NCBI GenBank assembly: GCA_039798785.1
Contig: JBDKFG010000007.1
Location: forward strand, 28,932-92,931
Direction: 5' to 3'
Origin: Verrucomicrobiota bacterium
GTDB lineage: Bacteria > Verrucomicrobiota > Lentisphaeria > Lentisphaerales > Lentisphaeraceae
DNA: 64,000 nt
Positions 46,073 through 55,319 of this stretch are shown in pieces. Every line of letters begins with the position of its first letter. Within the stretch, counting starts at the first letter, position 1. The notes under the pieces were generated by a model. It saw only the letters and a program-made list of their open reading frames with translations. It did not search any database and was not told the origin of the DNA. Both the position numbers and the translations under genes were made by a program.

Positions 46073-46238
46073 GAGGCGTCGCGTCTCGCGACATCCGCCC
46101 CGCCCCCTCTGCGCCCCGCCCTTCCCCGGCGGGGATTTTTTGCCTTGCCGGCACGGAGAATTCCGGGGAAGATCGCCCGGCTGCCACTTGTGGCATGAAA
46201 GCTGAGAGATCAGACAGCCGACCATTCGGAGGCCTGCC

Positions 46239-46703
46239 GTGAAGACTGATCCTGTTCAAGCCACCCTGCATGGGCTGGTCCAGACTTTTGAGAAGATGTT
46301 GCATGACATTCCGGCGCAGGACGGTGCCATCGACGTCCGTTCCGGCTCCTTCTATGTTGCCGACACCACCGCCATCATCCCCCTGGTCGGCACGGCCCGC
46401 GGCGCGATGCTGGTTTCGATGGAGGAGCAAGTCGCCTGCAAGGCCTACGCCGCTTTCACCGGCTGCGACTGCAGCCAGGTTGACGACGATGTCCTCGACG
46501 GGCTGAAGGAGATCGTCAACATCGCCGCCGGCGCCGCCGCGGCGCGGATGGTGCCCTACAAGGTCGGCCTCGGCCTTCCCACCGTGATGTCCGGCCAGAA
46601 GCAGCGCCTGCTCGGCAATCCCTCCGCCCCTTGGCATTTTGTCCCCATGAAGTCGAAAAAATTCGGCAATTTCTGGATTGCCATCACCCTTGAGGAGGTC
46701 TGA
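46239..46703 (+). CDS. cheX: CheX-family phosphatase
   Basis: IPLVG..RG, DGLKEIVNIAAG (E..N), GLPTVMSG. Confidence 0.85.
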   Translation: MKTDPVQATLHGLVQTFEKMLHDIPAQDGAIDVRSGSFYVADTTAIIPLVGTARGAMLVSMEEQVACKAYAAFTGCDCSQVDDDVLDGLKEIVNIAAGAAAARMVPYKVGLGLPTVMSGQKQRLLGNPSAPWHFVPMKSKKFGNFWIAITLEEV

Positions 46704-46705
46704 CC

Positions 46706-47080
46706 ATGAGAGTCCTGTTAATCGACGATTCCAGCACGATGCGGAAGATCCAGAAGAAGTCCCTGGTGGAGATCGGCATCGAGGACATCACCGAAGCGGA
46801 GAACGGCCGCATCGGCTTGGAGAAGCTGCAGGCCGACGGCTACAAGTTCACCTTCGTGATGTGTGACATCAACATGCCGGAGATGAGCGGCATCGAGCTG
46901 CTCAAGGCGGTGCGCGCCGATCCCAACTCGAACAAGATTCCCATCATCATGTGCACCTCGGTGGCAGACAAGGAAGTGGTTCTCGACTGCATCAAGTCCG
47001 GAGCCAATAATTACATCGTCAAACCCTTCTCGTCGGAAGATTTGAAGAAGAAGGTCCAGGCTCTCGGCCTGATGAGCTAA
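46706..47080 (+). CDS. cheY: Single-domain response regulator (CheY-like)
   Basis: LIDDS, CDINMPEMSG, MCTS, YIVKPF. Confidence 0.85.
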   Translation: MRVLLIDDSSTMRKIQKKSLVEIGIEDITEAENGRIGLEKLQADGYKFTFVMCDINMPEMSGIELLKAVRADPNSNKIPIIMCTSVADKEVVLDCIKSGANNYIVKPFSSEDLKKKVQALGLMS

Positions 47081-47234
47081 AAAGCCTTTTTCCTGGAAGA
47101 ACAGCCTGGGGGCACCGGCTCTCCGGGCTTTTTCCTTGACAAAGCTCTGTTCATCTTCATGAGACTTTCAGCTGAGGCGCTTGCCCATCCGCCACCACTC
47201 GGCTACATTCTCAGGATCAGACCAGGAGTTCTCC

Positions 47235-47741
47235 ATGCAAAAGCTGACCATTTTCACCACCGGCGGAACCATCGACAAGGTGTATTTCGACAAGAACTCG
47301 GAATACGAGGTCGGCTCACCCACCATCGAGAAGCTTCTCGCCAAATACAACGTCTACTTCCATTATGACATCCAGACCCTTTTCCACAAGGACTCGCTGG
47401 ATCTCACCGACGCCGACCGCGAAGAGATCATCCGCCGCGTCCGCGACTGCGCCGACAAGCGCTGCCTCGTCACCCACGGCACCGACACCATGGCGATCAC
47501 TGCCCGGGCTCTCGCCAACGCCAACATCGAAGGCAAGGTCATCGTCCTCACCGGCGCCATCCTGCCGGCTTCGTTCAAGGAGACCGATGCGGAATTCAAC
47601 ATCGGAACCGCCTTCGGCGCCCTTTTCTCGGCCCAGCCCGGCGTTTACATCGCGATGAACGGCTTCATCTATCCTTGGGACAACGTCTACAAGGACCACC
47701 TTGCCCAGCAGTTCAAGGAGTTGCGCCCCGGTGGCCGCTGA
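47235..47741 (+). CDS. Short asparaginase-domain protein
   Basis: TTGGTIDK, KDSLD, THGTDTM, VLTGA, DAEFNIG. N-terminal domain only. Confidence 0.88.
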   Translation: MQKLTIFTTGGTIDKVYFDKNSEYEVGSPTIEKLLAKYNVYFHYDIQTLFHKDSLDLTDADREEIIRRVRDCADKRCLVTHGTDTMAITARALANANIEGKVIVLTGAILPASFKETDAEFNIGTAFGALFSAQPGVYIAMNGFIYPWDNVYKDHLAQQFKELRPGGR

Positions 47742-48540
47742 ACCCGCCTCCCTGGCGAGGGATGAGGCCCAGGACTGGTGCGCCGAGCTCGTCAAGGTGA
47801 TGGCCCGCCTCCGCTCTCCCGGCGGCTGCGCCTGGGACTTGGAACAGACCCATAGCACCCTGAAGCAGTACCTTGCCGAAGAATGCGCCGAGGTCTGCGA
47901 TGCCATCGATCTGGCTGACGACCCCAATCTCTGCGAGGAGCTTGGAGACGTCCTGATGAACGTCGTCTTCCATGCGCGCATCGCTGAGGAACGCCGCAGC
48001 TTCACCTTCCAGGACGTGGCGCGCTCGATCACCGAGAAGATGATCCGCCGCCATCCCCATGTCTTTGGCGAAGCCGCCTGTCACAGTGCCAGCGACGTCG
48101 AAGCGCAATGGGAAGTGATCAAGGCCGCCGAAAAAGCCGACAAAGGACCGAAATCGCTCCTCGACGGCGTTCCTTCCTCGCTCTCCGCTCTGCGCAAGGC
48201 GCAAAAGCTGCAACGCAAAGCGGCGAAGGCCGGCTTTGACTGGCCCGACGCCGCCGGTCCGCTAGCCAAAGTGAGGGAGGAGACCGAAGAGCTCGCCGCC
48301 GTCCTCGGCCAGCAGGAACTGGCAGCCGCCGAACTCGGCGACCTGCTCTTCTCCGTCGTCAACCTCGCCCGCAAGCTCGGACTCGAAGCGGACGACTGTC
48401 TCGCCGCCGCCAACAGCAAGTTCGAGCGTCGCTTCCGTTTCGTCGAAAGCTCCGCCGCCACCGCCGGCCAGAAGATGCCTGAACTCGGCCTTGAAGCGCT
48501 CGACCGCTACTGGGACGAGGCGAAACGCCGCGGCCTGTGA
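47731..48540 (+). CDS. mazG: Nucleoside triphosphate pyrophosphohydrolase MazG
   Basis: RLRSPGGCAWD, EELGDVL, KMIRRHPHVF, GFDW, ELGDLLF, KFERRF. Confidence 0.95.
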   Translation: MAAEPASLARDEAQDWCAELVKVMARLRSPGGCAWDLEQTHSTLKQYLAEECAEVCDAIDLADDPNLCEELGDVLMNVVFHARIAEERRSFTFQDVARSITEKMIRRHPHVFGEAACHSASDVEAQWEVIKAAEKADKGPKSLLDGVPSSLSALRKAQKLQRKAAKAGFDWPDAAGPLAKVREETEELAAVLGQQELAAAELGDLLFSVVNLARKLGLEADDCLAAANSKFERRFRFVESSAATAGQKMPELGLEALDRYWDEAKRRGL

Positions 48541-49322
48541 GGATCGTCATGCCGACCCAGATGAAGCCGCAGCCGGTGCGGCGTCCAAGGCCGGACTTGA
48601 ATCTCTTCCGGCACCTCGCCCTTTTGTTCTTCTGCCTCTCCTCTTCTTCCTGCTCTAGCATCAGTGACCAGACTCAGGACGCGATCGGCAGCTTCCTGCC
48701 CTTCATCGGCCCTTCCAACAGCCGCATCGGCGAGGGGCTGCGCTCCGGCCTCGAGCTCGGCGCGGTCGAGGCGGTCGACCGCCTTTCGGCGGCCAGCAGC
48801 TTCGCCACCGGCTCCGCCAGCCGCATGCCGATTCCCGCGGAACTGAAACGCCTGACGGCGACGATGAAGCGACTGAAACGCGACACCGAGATCAACACTC
48901 TCGAGGACAAGCTCAACGACGCGGCTCGGGCCACCTGCGCCGACGCCGTCGAGGTGCTCCGTTCCGAAATCGCCGCGATGAATTTCGCCGATGCAAACGC
49001 AGTGCTGCACGGCCAGGGGGCCGCCGCCACTGATGCATTGCGCGCAAGAGAAGCCGAGCTGGTCCAGGCCTTGCTGCCCCTGGCGCGGCGCCGGCTCGAC
49101 GAGGTCGGCGCCAGCCGTGCCGGCGAAGATCTGATCAAAAGCTACCAGGCGATCCCCTTCGCCCAGACGGTCAACTGCGACTTCGACCAAGCCGTGGCGG
49201 CCACTTGCGTCTCCCGCCTGCTTGCCGAAATCGCCGATTTCGAAATCAAGCTGCGCAACCAGCCGGCGCGACGCAATAGCGATCTGCTGCGCCGGGTCTT
49301 TGCCGAACAAGATGATGAATGA
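48537..49322 (+). CDS. DUF4197 family protein (probable lipoprotein)
   Basis: GLRSGLELG...AV..LS, IPAEL, LNDAA, FADA..VL.G...AAT..L, E..LR.QP..R.SDLLRRVF. Start uncertain. Confidence 0.75.
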   Translation: MRIVMPTQMKPQPVRRPRPDLNLFRHLALLFFCLSSSSCSSISDQTQDAIGSFLPFIGPSNSRIGEGLRSGLELGAVEAVDRLSAASSFATGSASRMPIPAELKRLTATMKRLKRDTEINTLEDKLNDAARATCADAVEVLRSEIAAMNFADANAVLHGQGAAATDALRAREAELVQALLPLARRRLDEVGASRAGEDLIKSYQAIPFAQTVNCDFDQAVAATCVSRLLAEIADFEIKLRNQPARRNSDLLRRVFAEQDDE

Positions 49323-49443
49323 GGACGTGGCAAGCTGCGGCCCAGGTGCATTTCTGCGTTGAGACGAGACTCACTCCAATGTCATTTGTCCTGGTTTCCT
49401 AAATGTATCACACCGGATTGAGCTTGGACTGAGATGTGTTCAA

Positions 49444-49592
49444 CCTGGATTCCGAAGTTGAGCTTGGGCTCAGCTTCCGAATCCAGGATTCAAGATTCAA
49501 AATTCCAGATAACATCAACAAAATCAAAGATTAAAAATTGAAAAATCCGCTAAGGAATCAGCCGTTGTCGATCTTCAACTTCGGAATCCAGG
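49444..49592. mobile_element. MITE-like element: 18-bp perfect terminal inverted repeats, 5-bp flanking direct repeat
   Basis: CCTGGATTCCGAAGTTGA ... TCAACTTCGGAATCCAGG, flanked by TTCAA on both sides. A third degenerate inverted copy lies at about 49470-49487. Confidence 0.55.
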
Positions 49593-49614
49593 TTCAAGTC
49601 GCTCTTCAGGGAGG

Positions 49615-49650
49615 AGGGACTTGGGGAGTTAAAGCACTCCCCAGTTCCCT
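49615..49650. terminator. Hairpin downstream of the acyltransferase
   Basis: AGGGACTTGGGGAGT-TAAAGC-ACTCCCCAGTTCCCT. Confidence 0.5.
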
Positions 49651-49676
49651 AACTGCCTAAGCTGTGTTTTCTGGGC

Positions 49677-50639
49677 TCAATCCTCGTTATCTGTTCCTTC
49701 GCGGCGGGAATAGGCGGGATAGCGGGCGGCCAATTCCGGCGGCGCGTCCTTGGGAATCAGATGCCAGCGCTTGTAAAGCCAGACCCATTCTTCCGGGTTG
49801 CGGCGGATGAAGTCGCTCATCACGTCCGAAATCGACTGCGACAGGCTGTGGTCGTCGATTAGGCTGGCCGGTTCGGGCAAGGCCAGATATTCCGCCCGGA
49901 AGCCTTCGGGCGTGCGGCGGATCGGAAAGAGGCCGATCCGGCAGTTCATGCGCCGCGCGAAAACCGAGGGGGTTCGCGACATGGTGGCAGGAAGCCCGAG
50001 GAAGTCGACAAAGACGCCGCCCTGCTCGATCTTGGTATTCTGATCGACTAGCATGCCGATGGCGCCGCCAGCCTTCAGCGTCTTGAGGAAGTCGCGAACC
50101 GCTCCTTTTTCATGCGTGATCTGCGCCCCGGCGAAGCTCCGCCCGGCGCTGACTAGGCGTTCGATGCCTGCGGACTTGAAGCGCCGGGCGATCAAGGTCA
50201 CCGGCGGCGGCAGGTATCGTCCGGCGATGATCGCCGCCAGTTCCCAGTTGCCGCTGTGCAAAGTGAAAAGCATCGAAGGACGCTTTTCCTCCCGGACGGC
50301 GAAATAGGCCTCGAGCTCAGGCGATACGAAGAAATGCCGGTCGATGCGGGCCTGGTCACAGTGAAGCCAGAGGAACTCCAGGACCGTCGTGGCCAGACTG
50401 CCGCAAGAAGCCCGTCCGACTCGGAGCCGCCATTCCGGAGATTCACCCGGGAAAACGGCTTCAAGATTGCCCAGGACGATGCGCCGGCAGGAAGGGACGC
50501 GGAAGATGATCCAACCGATGAATGAGCCGAGACGACGCACGCCGCCAAGAGGCAGGGGCAGGATGAGAAAACGAAGGAGATGAATGCCGAAGCTGTGGAA
50601 GGGCTGAGTCAGGCGGCGGCGGAGTTTCTTCAGTGTCAC
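49677..50639 (-). CDS. Lipid A late acyltransferase (LpxL/HtrB family)
   Basis: TLHSGNWEL, MLVDQ, VDFLG, IRRNPEEWVWLYKRW. Start uncertain. Confidence 0.88.
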   Translation of the reverse strand: MTLKKLRRRLTQPFHSFGIHLLRFLILPLPLGGVRRLGSFIGWIIFRVPSCRRIVLGNLEAVFPGESPEWRLRVGRASCGSLATTVLEFLWLHCDQARIDRHFFVSPELEAYFAVREEKRPSMLFTLHSGNWELAAIIAGRYLPPPVTLIARRFKSAGIERLVSAGRSFAGAQITHEKGAVRDFLKTLKAGGAIGMLVDQNTKIEQGGVFVDFLGLPATMSRTPSVFARRMNCRIGLFPIRRTPEGFRAEYLALPEPASLIDDHSLSQSISDVMSDFIRRNPEEWVWLYKRWHLIPKDAPPELAARYPAYSRREGTDNED

Positions 50640-50863
50640 GAGAGCTTCCGTAGAATAGTTTTTTCCAGTCGCGCACTGTAGCTCGCCGACCACGAAAAAC
50701 CCGCCAGCCGCCGCGCTTCCTCGGCCCTCTTCGCGAATTCCTCTTTCCCGATCCTGCCCTCCCGGGCTTTCAGCTTGAAAGGGAGGAAGATGCAAAGTTG
50801 AAAAGGACGATTAAGTTCGGCAAAGCCGGAGCGCCGCACCGGCAAAATCCACAGGAGTCCAGC

Positions 50864-51070
50864 ATGAAAGAATACAAAGTGATTTTCAATGTTGAAGGTC
50901 AGTCGTTCGACGCCATGGTCACCGAATGCCTCAACGACGGTTGGGCTCTTTATGGCAATCCCTGGTCCCACCAGGAGCCAGGCAGCGAAATGGTCCACCT
51001 CTACCAGGCCATCACCCGTGAAGTCACCTTCGTCATGGTCGACAAGGATCCCAGCCCCGAAGAAAGCTGA
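50864..51070 (+). CDS. Small DUF1737-like protein
   Basis: AGGAG RBS. YKVI...F...V...L.DGW.LYG.P....YQAI. Confidence 0.7.
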   Translation: MKEYKVIFNVEGQSFDAMVTECLNDGWALYGNPWSHQEPGSEMVHLYQAITREVTFVMVDKDPSPEES

Positions 51071-51091
51071 AACCGAGATGCCAGATTTTCG

Positions 51092-51117
51092 AAGCCGCAG
51101 TCAGCTGCGGCTTTTTT
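51092..51117 (+). terminator. Rho-independent terminator
   Basis: AAGCCGCAG-TCAG-CTGCGGCTT then TTTT. Confidence 0.8.
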
Positions 51118-51339
51118 GCGTCTGCCCTTTCTCAATTCGGTGGGACGCGCAGATGCTGATCCCACCCAGAATCAAGCCAAATCCGGGTAGCGAAGAGCAG
51201 CGAAGGGGAAATGGAATGTGATGGCTGAGGCTCATGCAGCATGCTCCTTCGCCGCTCAGGTCGCACTTCCGGCCTCCCTGCACACTTTCCCCGCTGCGAT
51301 GTATCTTGCCCGCCAAACACATCAGAAAGGGATCATCAC

Positions 51340-52578
51340 ATGGTCGAGAGAGTTGGCGACAAGATCACGGTCACAGAGCAGGACGGCGACTTCGTCGCGG
51401 AGCTGAGCGCCTCGCGCCTGGCGGCTTTGAAGAGCATCAAATTCCAGGGCGACGAGCTGCTTCGCGGCCTGCGCTGGACCATCGGCGCGATGAGCGACGA
51501 GCCGGGCCTGGTGCGCCGCAGCAAGGAATACCACAAGGCCGGCATGAGCTGCGTCGAGACCGAGGGCTGGCTGCCTTTCGGCCGCGAGCCCAACCTCACC
51601 CAGCAGATCCGCTTCTCGGCCGGCCGCGCCCGCTTCACCAGCGACTTCGTCGCCAACGGCGAGGCGATCTCGCGTCATTTCTCGGTCGGCAGCTTCCTAC
51701 TCCCCGGCAAATGGGAATCGATGTTCGTCGTCCCCGCCGCCCAGCACCTGGTCGACGGCGGCAAGCCGCATGAACGCCAGATCCCGAAGTGGGACGGCAA
51801 GGACATCATGATCGGCCACTGGCACCGCCCGCCCCTCTCCCTCGTCTTCAAGCGCAAAAGCGGCATCCGCCTCGAAGTCGGCACCGGCTCCGACGTCTTC
51901 CGCTGGGAGCAGAACATGGGCTACCACCCCGAACACGGCTCCTACAAGGTCACCTTGACCCAGGCCGGCCTGGAAGTGAGCCGCGAACCTCTCGCCTGCT
52001 GCGAGGACTTCACCCCCGAAGGCCGCCCCTTCCGTTACACCTGGCACCTCGCTTGGGACAAGATCGGTCAGCGCAGCAGCCCGCCGGAGCACGAAGTGAT
52101 CCAGGCCCAGATCGCCCGCAACGGCCACGATCTCGAGTGGGAGAAGGTCAAGAAGGCCTTCGCCGCGCCGCAAAAGGAAGACGGCAAGCCGCGTTTCCTG
52201 GTGGTCGACATCATGGACTTCCTCTGGGAAGACACCTGCAAGCGCTGCCCCTCGCCCCAGGCCTTCGCCGCCGAGCTGGTCGCCCCCGAGCCCTGCTGGA
52301 TGACCTCGCCGGTCGAGAAAAAGCTCAAGAACCTGGTTCGCAAACTGGTCGAAATCCCCGGCGTCGGCGGCCTGATCTTCCGCAAGGTCAGCCCCGGCAT
52401 CTGCTACCACCCCAGCCATGTCGACAAGAAGAACCCGATGGGCGTCGCCCACTGGGACATCGGCGGCATGATGGATTTCGCCGCCTGGGCCCGCCAGGCC
52501 TGCCGCGACAAGTTCGAGGTCTACGCCGAAGCCGCCGAAGGCTGGGACATCCCGGCGATGAACACGCTGTTTGATTGA
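51340..52578 (+). CDS. Hypothetical protein
   Basis: Host-like codon usage with GC-rich third positions. AAAGGGA RBS. No family recognised. Confidence 0.75.
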   Translation: MVERVGDKITVTEQDGDFVAELSASRLAALKSIKFQGDELLRGLRWTIGAMSDEPGLVRRSKEYHKAGMSCVETEGWLPFGREPNLTQQIRFSAGRARFTSDFVANGEAISRHFSVGSFLLPGKWESMFVVPAAQHLVDGGKPHERQIPKWDGKDIMIGHWHRPPLSLVFKRKSGIRLEVGTGSDVFRWEQNMGYHPEHGSYKVTLTQAGLEVSREPLACCEDFTPEGRPFRYTWHLAWDKIGQRSSPPEHEVIQAQIARNGHDLEWEKVKKAFAAPQKEDGKPRFLVVDIMDFLWEDTCKRCPSPQAFAAELVAPEPCWMTSPVEKKLKNLVRKLVEIPGVGGLIFRKVSPGICYHPSHVDKKNPMGVAHWDIGGMMDFAAWARQACRDKFEVYAEAAEGWDIPAMNTLFD

Positions 52579-52654
52579 TCATTCAGGCGCTCTTCGATAT
52601 CCCGATATCGAGGATTTTTCGCTTTCACCTCCACCTCCCCCGGTTCCCCTTTCC

Positions 52655-53662
52655 ATGATCTTCGACTTCACCAAGCATTATCCCAGCGGCTGGTATCCTG
52701 GCCACATGCGCATTGCGCAGCAGCAGCTCAAGGAGAAGCTGCCGCTGGTCGACGTGGTGCTGCTGCTCACTGACGCCCGCTGCCCGGAATCGGCCTTGAA
52801 CGGGCAGTTGATCGAGCTGCTGGGCGACAAGCCCTTCCTGCTTGTCCTCAACAAGGCCGACCTGGCCGATCCGGACAGCACCAAGTCCTGGCTCGCCGAG
52901 CTGGCCAAGCAGGGCATTCCGGCGATCAGCACCGAATTGATGAAGCGCCGCGGCGTCGACCGCATCGTCCCCGAATGCCTGCGCATCTACGAAGAGGACC
53001 GCGCCCGCAAAGGCGCCACCCGTCCCCTTCTGCGCGCCCTGCGCGTCATGGCCTGCGGCGCCCCCAACCTCGGCAAGTCGACCCTGATCAACTGCCTGTC
53101 GCGCCGCTCCCTCGCCCGCACCGGCCCGACCCCGGGCGTCACCAAGTCGCAGCAGTGGATCAAGCTCGACGACAACTGCGAGCTGCTCGACACCCCCGGC
53201 ATCTTCCCCGCCGGCAACCCCGGCGCCGAGCGCGAACTCCGCCTCGGCCTGTCGCACGTGGTCCGGCAGGATCTGGTCGGCAACGCCACCATCGCCCGTT
53301 ATCTGATGGCGCAGCTGATCCTGCGCGGCCAGGAGAAGCCGCTGCTCGAGTTCGCCCAGCTTGACGCTCTGCCGGAGCAGCCGGAAGTGCTGTTTGCGAC
53401 CATCGCCAAGCGCCGCGGCTTCATTCTTCACGGCGGCGAGCCCGACCTCGAACGAGCCGAGCTCTTGTTGCTGACCGAATTCACCGAGGGCCGCTTCGGC
53501 CGGATGACCCTCGATCCTCCGCCCGGCGCCACGCCTTTCCCCGGCAAGGACAAGGTGCAGATCCTCTTCGCCGATCTGCCGCCGCCGAAACCCAAAGACA
53601 AGCCGAAGCCGAAAAAGCCCTACAAGCCGAAGACCGCGCCGCCGGCCAAGCCGAAGCGCTGA
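52655..53662 (+). CDS. rbgA: Ribosome biogenesis GTPase RbgA/YlqF
   Basis: WYPGHM, DARCP, NKADL, GAPNLGKSTLIN, PGVTK, LLDTPG (circularly permuted GTPase order). Confidence 0.93.
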   Translation: MIFDFTKHYPSGWYPGHMRIAQQQLKEKLPLVDVVLLLTDARCPESALNGQLIELLGDKPFLLVLNKADLADPDSTKSWLAELAKQGIPAISTELMKRRGVDRIVPECLRIYEEDRARKGATRPLLRALRVMACGAPNLGKSTLINCLSRRSLARTGPTPGVTKSQQWIKLDDNCELLDTPGIFPAGNPGAERELRLGLSHVVRQDLVGNATIARYLMAQLILRGQEKPLLEFAQLDALPEQPEVLFATIAKRRGFILHGGEPDLERAELLLLTEFTEGRFGRMTLDPPPGATPFPGKDKVQILFADLPPPKPKDKPKPKKPYKPKTAPPAKPKR

Positions 53663-53666
53663 AACG

Positions 53667-53702
53667 AAAAACCGCCTCCGGATCGTTCCGGAGGCGGTTT
53701 TT
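53667..53702. terminator. Bidirectional intrinsic terminator
   Basis: AAAAACCGCCTCCGGA-TCGT-TCCGGAGGCGGTTTTT between convergent genes. Confidence 0.88.
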
Positions 53703-53716
53703 GATTTTGGGTGGGG

Positions 53717-54073
53717 TCAATCTTCCCACATGCCGCTGTTGTAGGGGTCGAGGATGTAAGTGAATTTGTGAACTCCAGCTTCACGTTCGTGAGAGCTGAA
53801 ATCCTCCTTCCTGCCTTCGGCCAGTTTCAGGCCGAACACCGTCGAGACATCAAAATAAATCCCCCGAGGCAGATTCGCCACCGGGCCGCAAACGCCGCCG
53901 AGGACGAAGACCGGCACGGTGACGGCCGTCTTGCTCCAGCCGGAGTCGCAGTTTTTATAGGCTTTGGCGCAGAGTGATGCGCCGCCGCTGACGGGGGAGG
54001 TGACGACGGCGGTGGTGGTCATGCAGGAGTTCAGAGAGATCAGCGCGAGAAGCGCCGCGATGTGGATTTTCAT
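53717..54073 (-). CDS. Small lipoprotein
   Basis: MKIHIAALLALISLNSC lipobox. AAGGA RBS. Confidence 0.7.
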   Translation of the reverse strand: MKIHIAALLALISLNSCMTTTAVVTSPVSGGASLCAKAYKNCDSGWSKTAVTVPVFVLGGVCGPVANLPRGIYFDVSTVFGLKLAEGRKEDFSSHEREAGVHKFTYILDPYNSGMWED

Positions 54074-54197
54074 CAGGTGGTCCTTGATGCTTGTTGAGAG
54101 GATGGTTTCAGTCTAAGTCCAATTGCCTTGAGAAGCAAATTTTTCCGACCTGTACAAGTCCAGATCGAGCGCAGTTTGAGTTGTGCGCTCTGTAGCT

Positions 54198-54378
54198 CGT
54201 CGCGAAGCGACAGAATGATTGTAGCCGGGGGTTTCAACCCCCGGTACGTGGGGAGGAATTCGGCGTCGCGGCAGCGACGCGGTGACAGATGCGCTTGGGA
54301 ATGCCGATTGCGTCGCCATCGCCGAAAAGTCATCCTGTCGCTTCGCGACGGCATTTCCCATGCGATCCTGTCCGGGGG
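54198..54378. repeat. REP/REPIN-like palindromic element
   Basis: 21-bp arms CGTCGCGAAGCGACAGAATGA / TCATCCTGTCGCTTCGCGACG (1 mismatch). Internal hairpin CCGGGGGTTTCAACCCCCGG, with a truncated second copy at about 54372. Confidence 0.75.
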
Positions 54379-54457
54379 TTAAAACCGGTTTTCTGTGAGG
54401 CGCTCCGGTGTCAGCAAGCAGCTTGCCATCTTCGCCATTGCGGCAGTATCTTGAAGC

Positions 54458-55312
54458 ATGGCACCTATCGCAACAATTGGACGCGTCTTGAAAGCCTGGC
54501 ATCCGGCCGCTCCGGGAGCTTCAGGCGGCATTGAGGTGGAGTCTTTGCGTCTGCCCAGCCGTCCGGCCGAGGGCGGGCGCTTCTCGGTCGCCACCTTCAA
54601 TCTCGCCCATGGTCGCGGCCGTGGCCTGTCGCAGTTTCTTCTCACCGCGGCGCAGCTGCGGCGCAATCTTGGCGAGGCCGCGGCGGTCTTGCAGAGCGAG
54701 CCGGTGGACTTTCTCGGTCTGCAGGAGGTGGAGACCCAGGGTTTCATCCACGGGCATCTGCATCAGAGCCGGGAGATCGCCAGCGCCGCCGGTTTCGGCT
54801 GGCTGGCTCAGGGCCATCATGTGCAGGGGCGTCGCATCGCCTACGGCACCGCCTTGCTCGCCAGGCATCCCTTGGAAGAGGCGGAATCGCATGTCTTCCC
54901 GCACAGCGGCACGACCCTGGCGAAAGGCCTGGTGATGGCGGTGGGCCAGATCCACGGCCGTTCCCTGCGATTCGTCTCGGTCCATCTCGACTTCCTGCAC
55001 GAGCGCATCCGCCGCCGGCAGCTTGAGCACCTTTCCCATCTTCTGGCCGAGCGTCTGCCGCTGCCGCTGGTCCTGATGGGGGATTTCAATTGCGGCTACC
55101 GCAACGGCGGCGCCTTGGAGGACACCGCCGGGCGCCTCGGCCTGCAGATCTGGCGTCCGCACGAGCCGATGAGCACTTTCCCGCGCTTCGGACGCCGCCT
55201 CGACTGGATCCTCGCCTCCGGCGAACTCGAATTCCTCGATTGCCGCAACTGGGAGGAGCTGCGCTCCGATCACGTCGCTGTGCGGGCGGATTTCCGCTTC
55301 CGCGACCGCTGA
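54458..55312 (+). CDS. Endonuclease/exonuclease/phosphatase family protein
   Basis: ATFNL, LQEV, SVHLD, MGDFN, RLDWIL, SDH. Confidence 0.9.
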   Translation: MAPIATIGRVLKAWHPAAPGASGGIEVESLRLPSRPAEGGRFSVATFNLAHGRGRGLSQFLLTAAQLRRNLGEAAAVLQSEPVDFLGLQEVETQGFIHGHLHQSREIASAAGFGWLAQGHHVQGRRIAYGTALLARHPLEEAESHVFPHSGTTLAKGLVMAVGQIHGRSLRFVSVHLDFLHERIRRRQLEHLSHLLAERLPLPLVLMGDFNCGYRNGGALEDTAGRLGLQIWRPHEPMSTFPRFGRRLDWILASGELEFLDCRNWEELRSDHVAVRADFRFRDR

Positions 55313-55319
55313 GCCGGGC

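Noticed and set aside
46190..46205. Sigma54 promoter before cheX (TGGCATGAAAGCTGA)
   Set aside because: The -12 dinucleotide is GA, not GC.
47235..47741. Asparaginase pseudogene (missing C-terminal domain)
   Set aside because: Short single-domain asparaginase-like proteins are a known form. The motifs are intact and no downstream remnant is visible.
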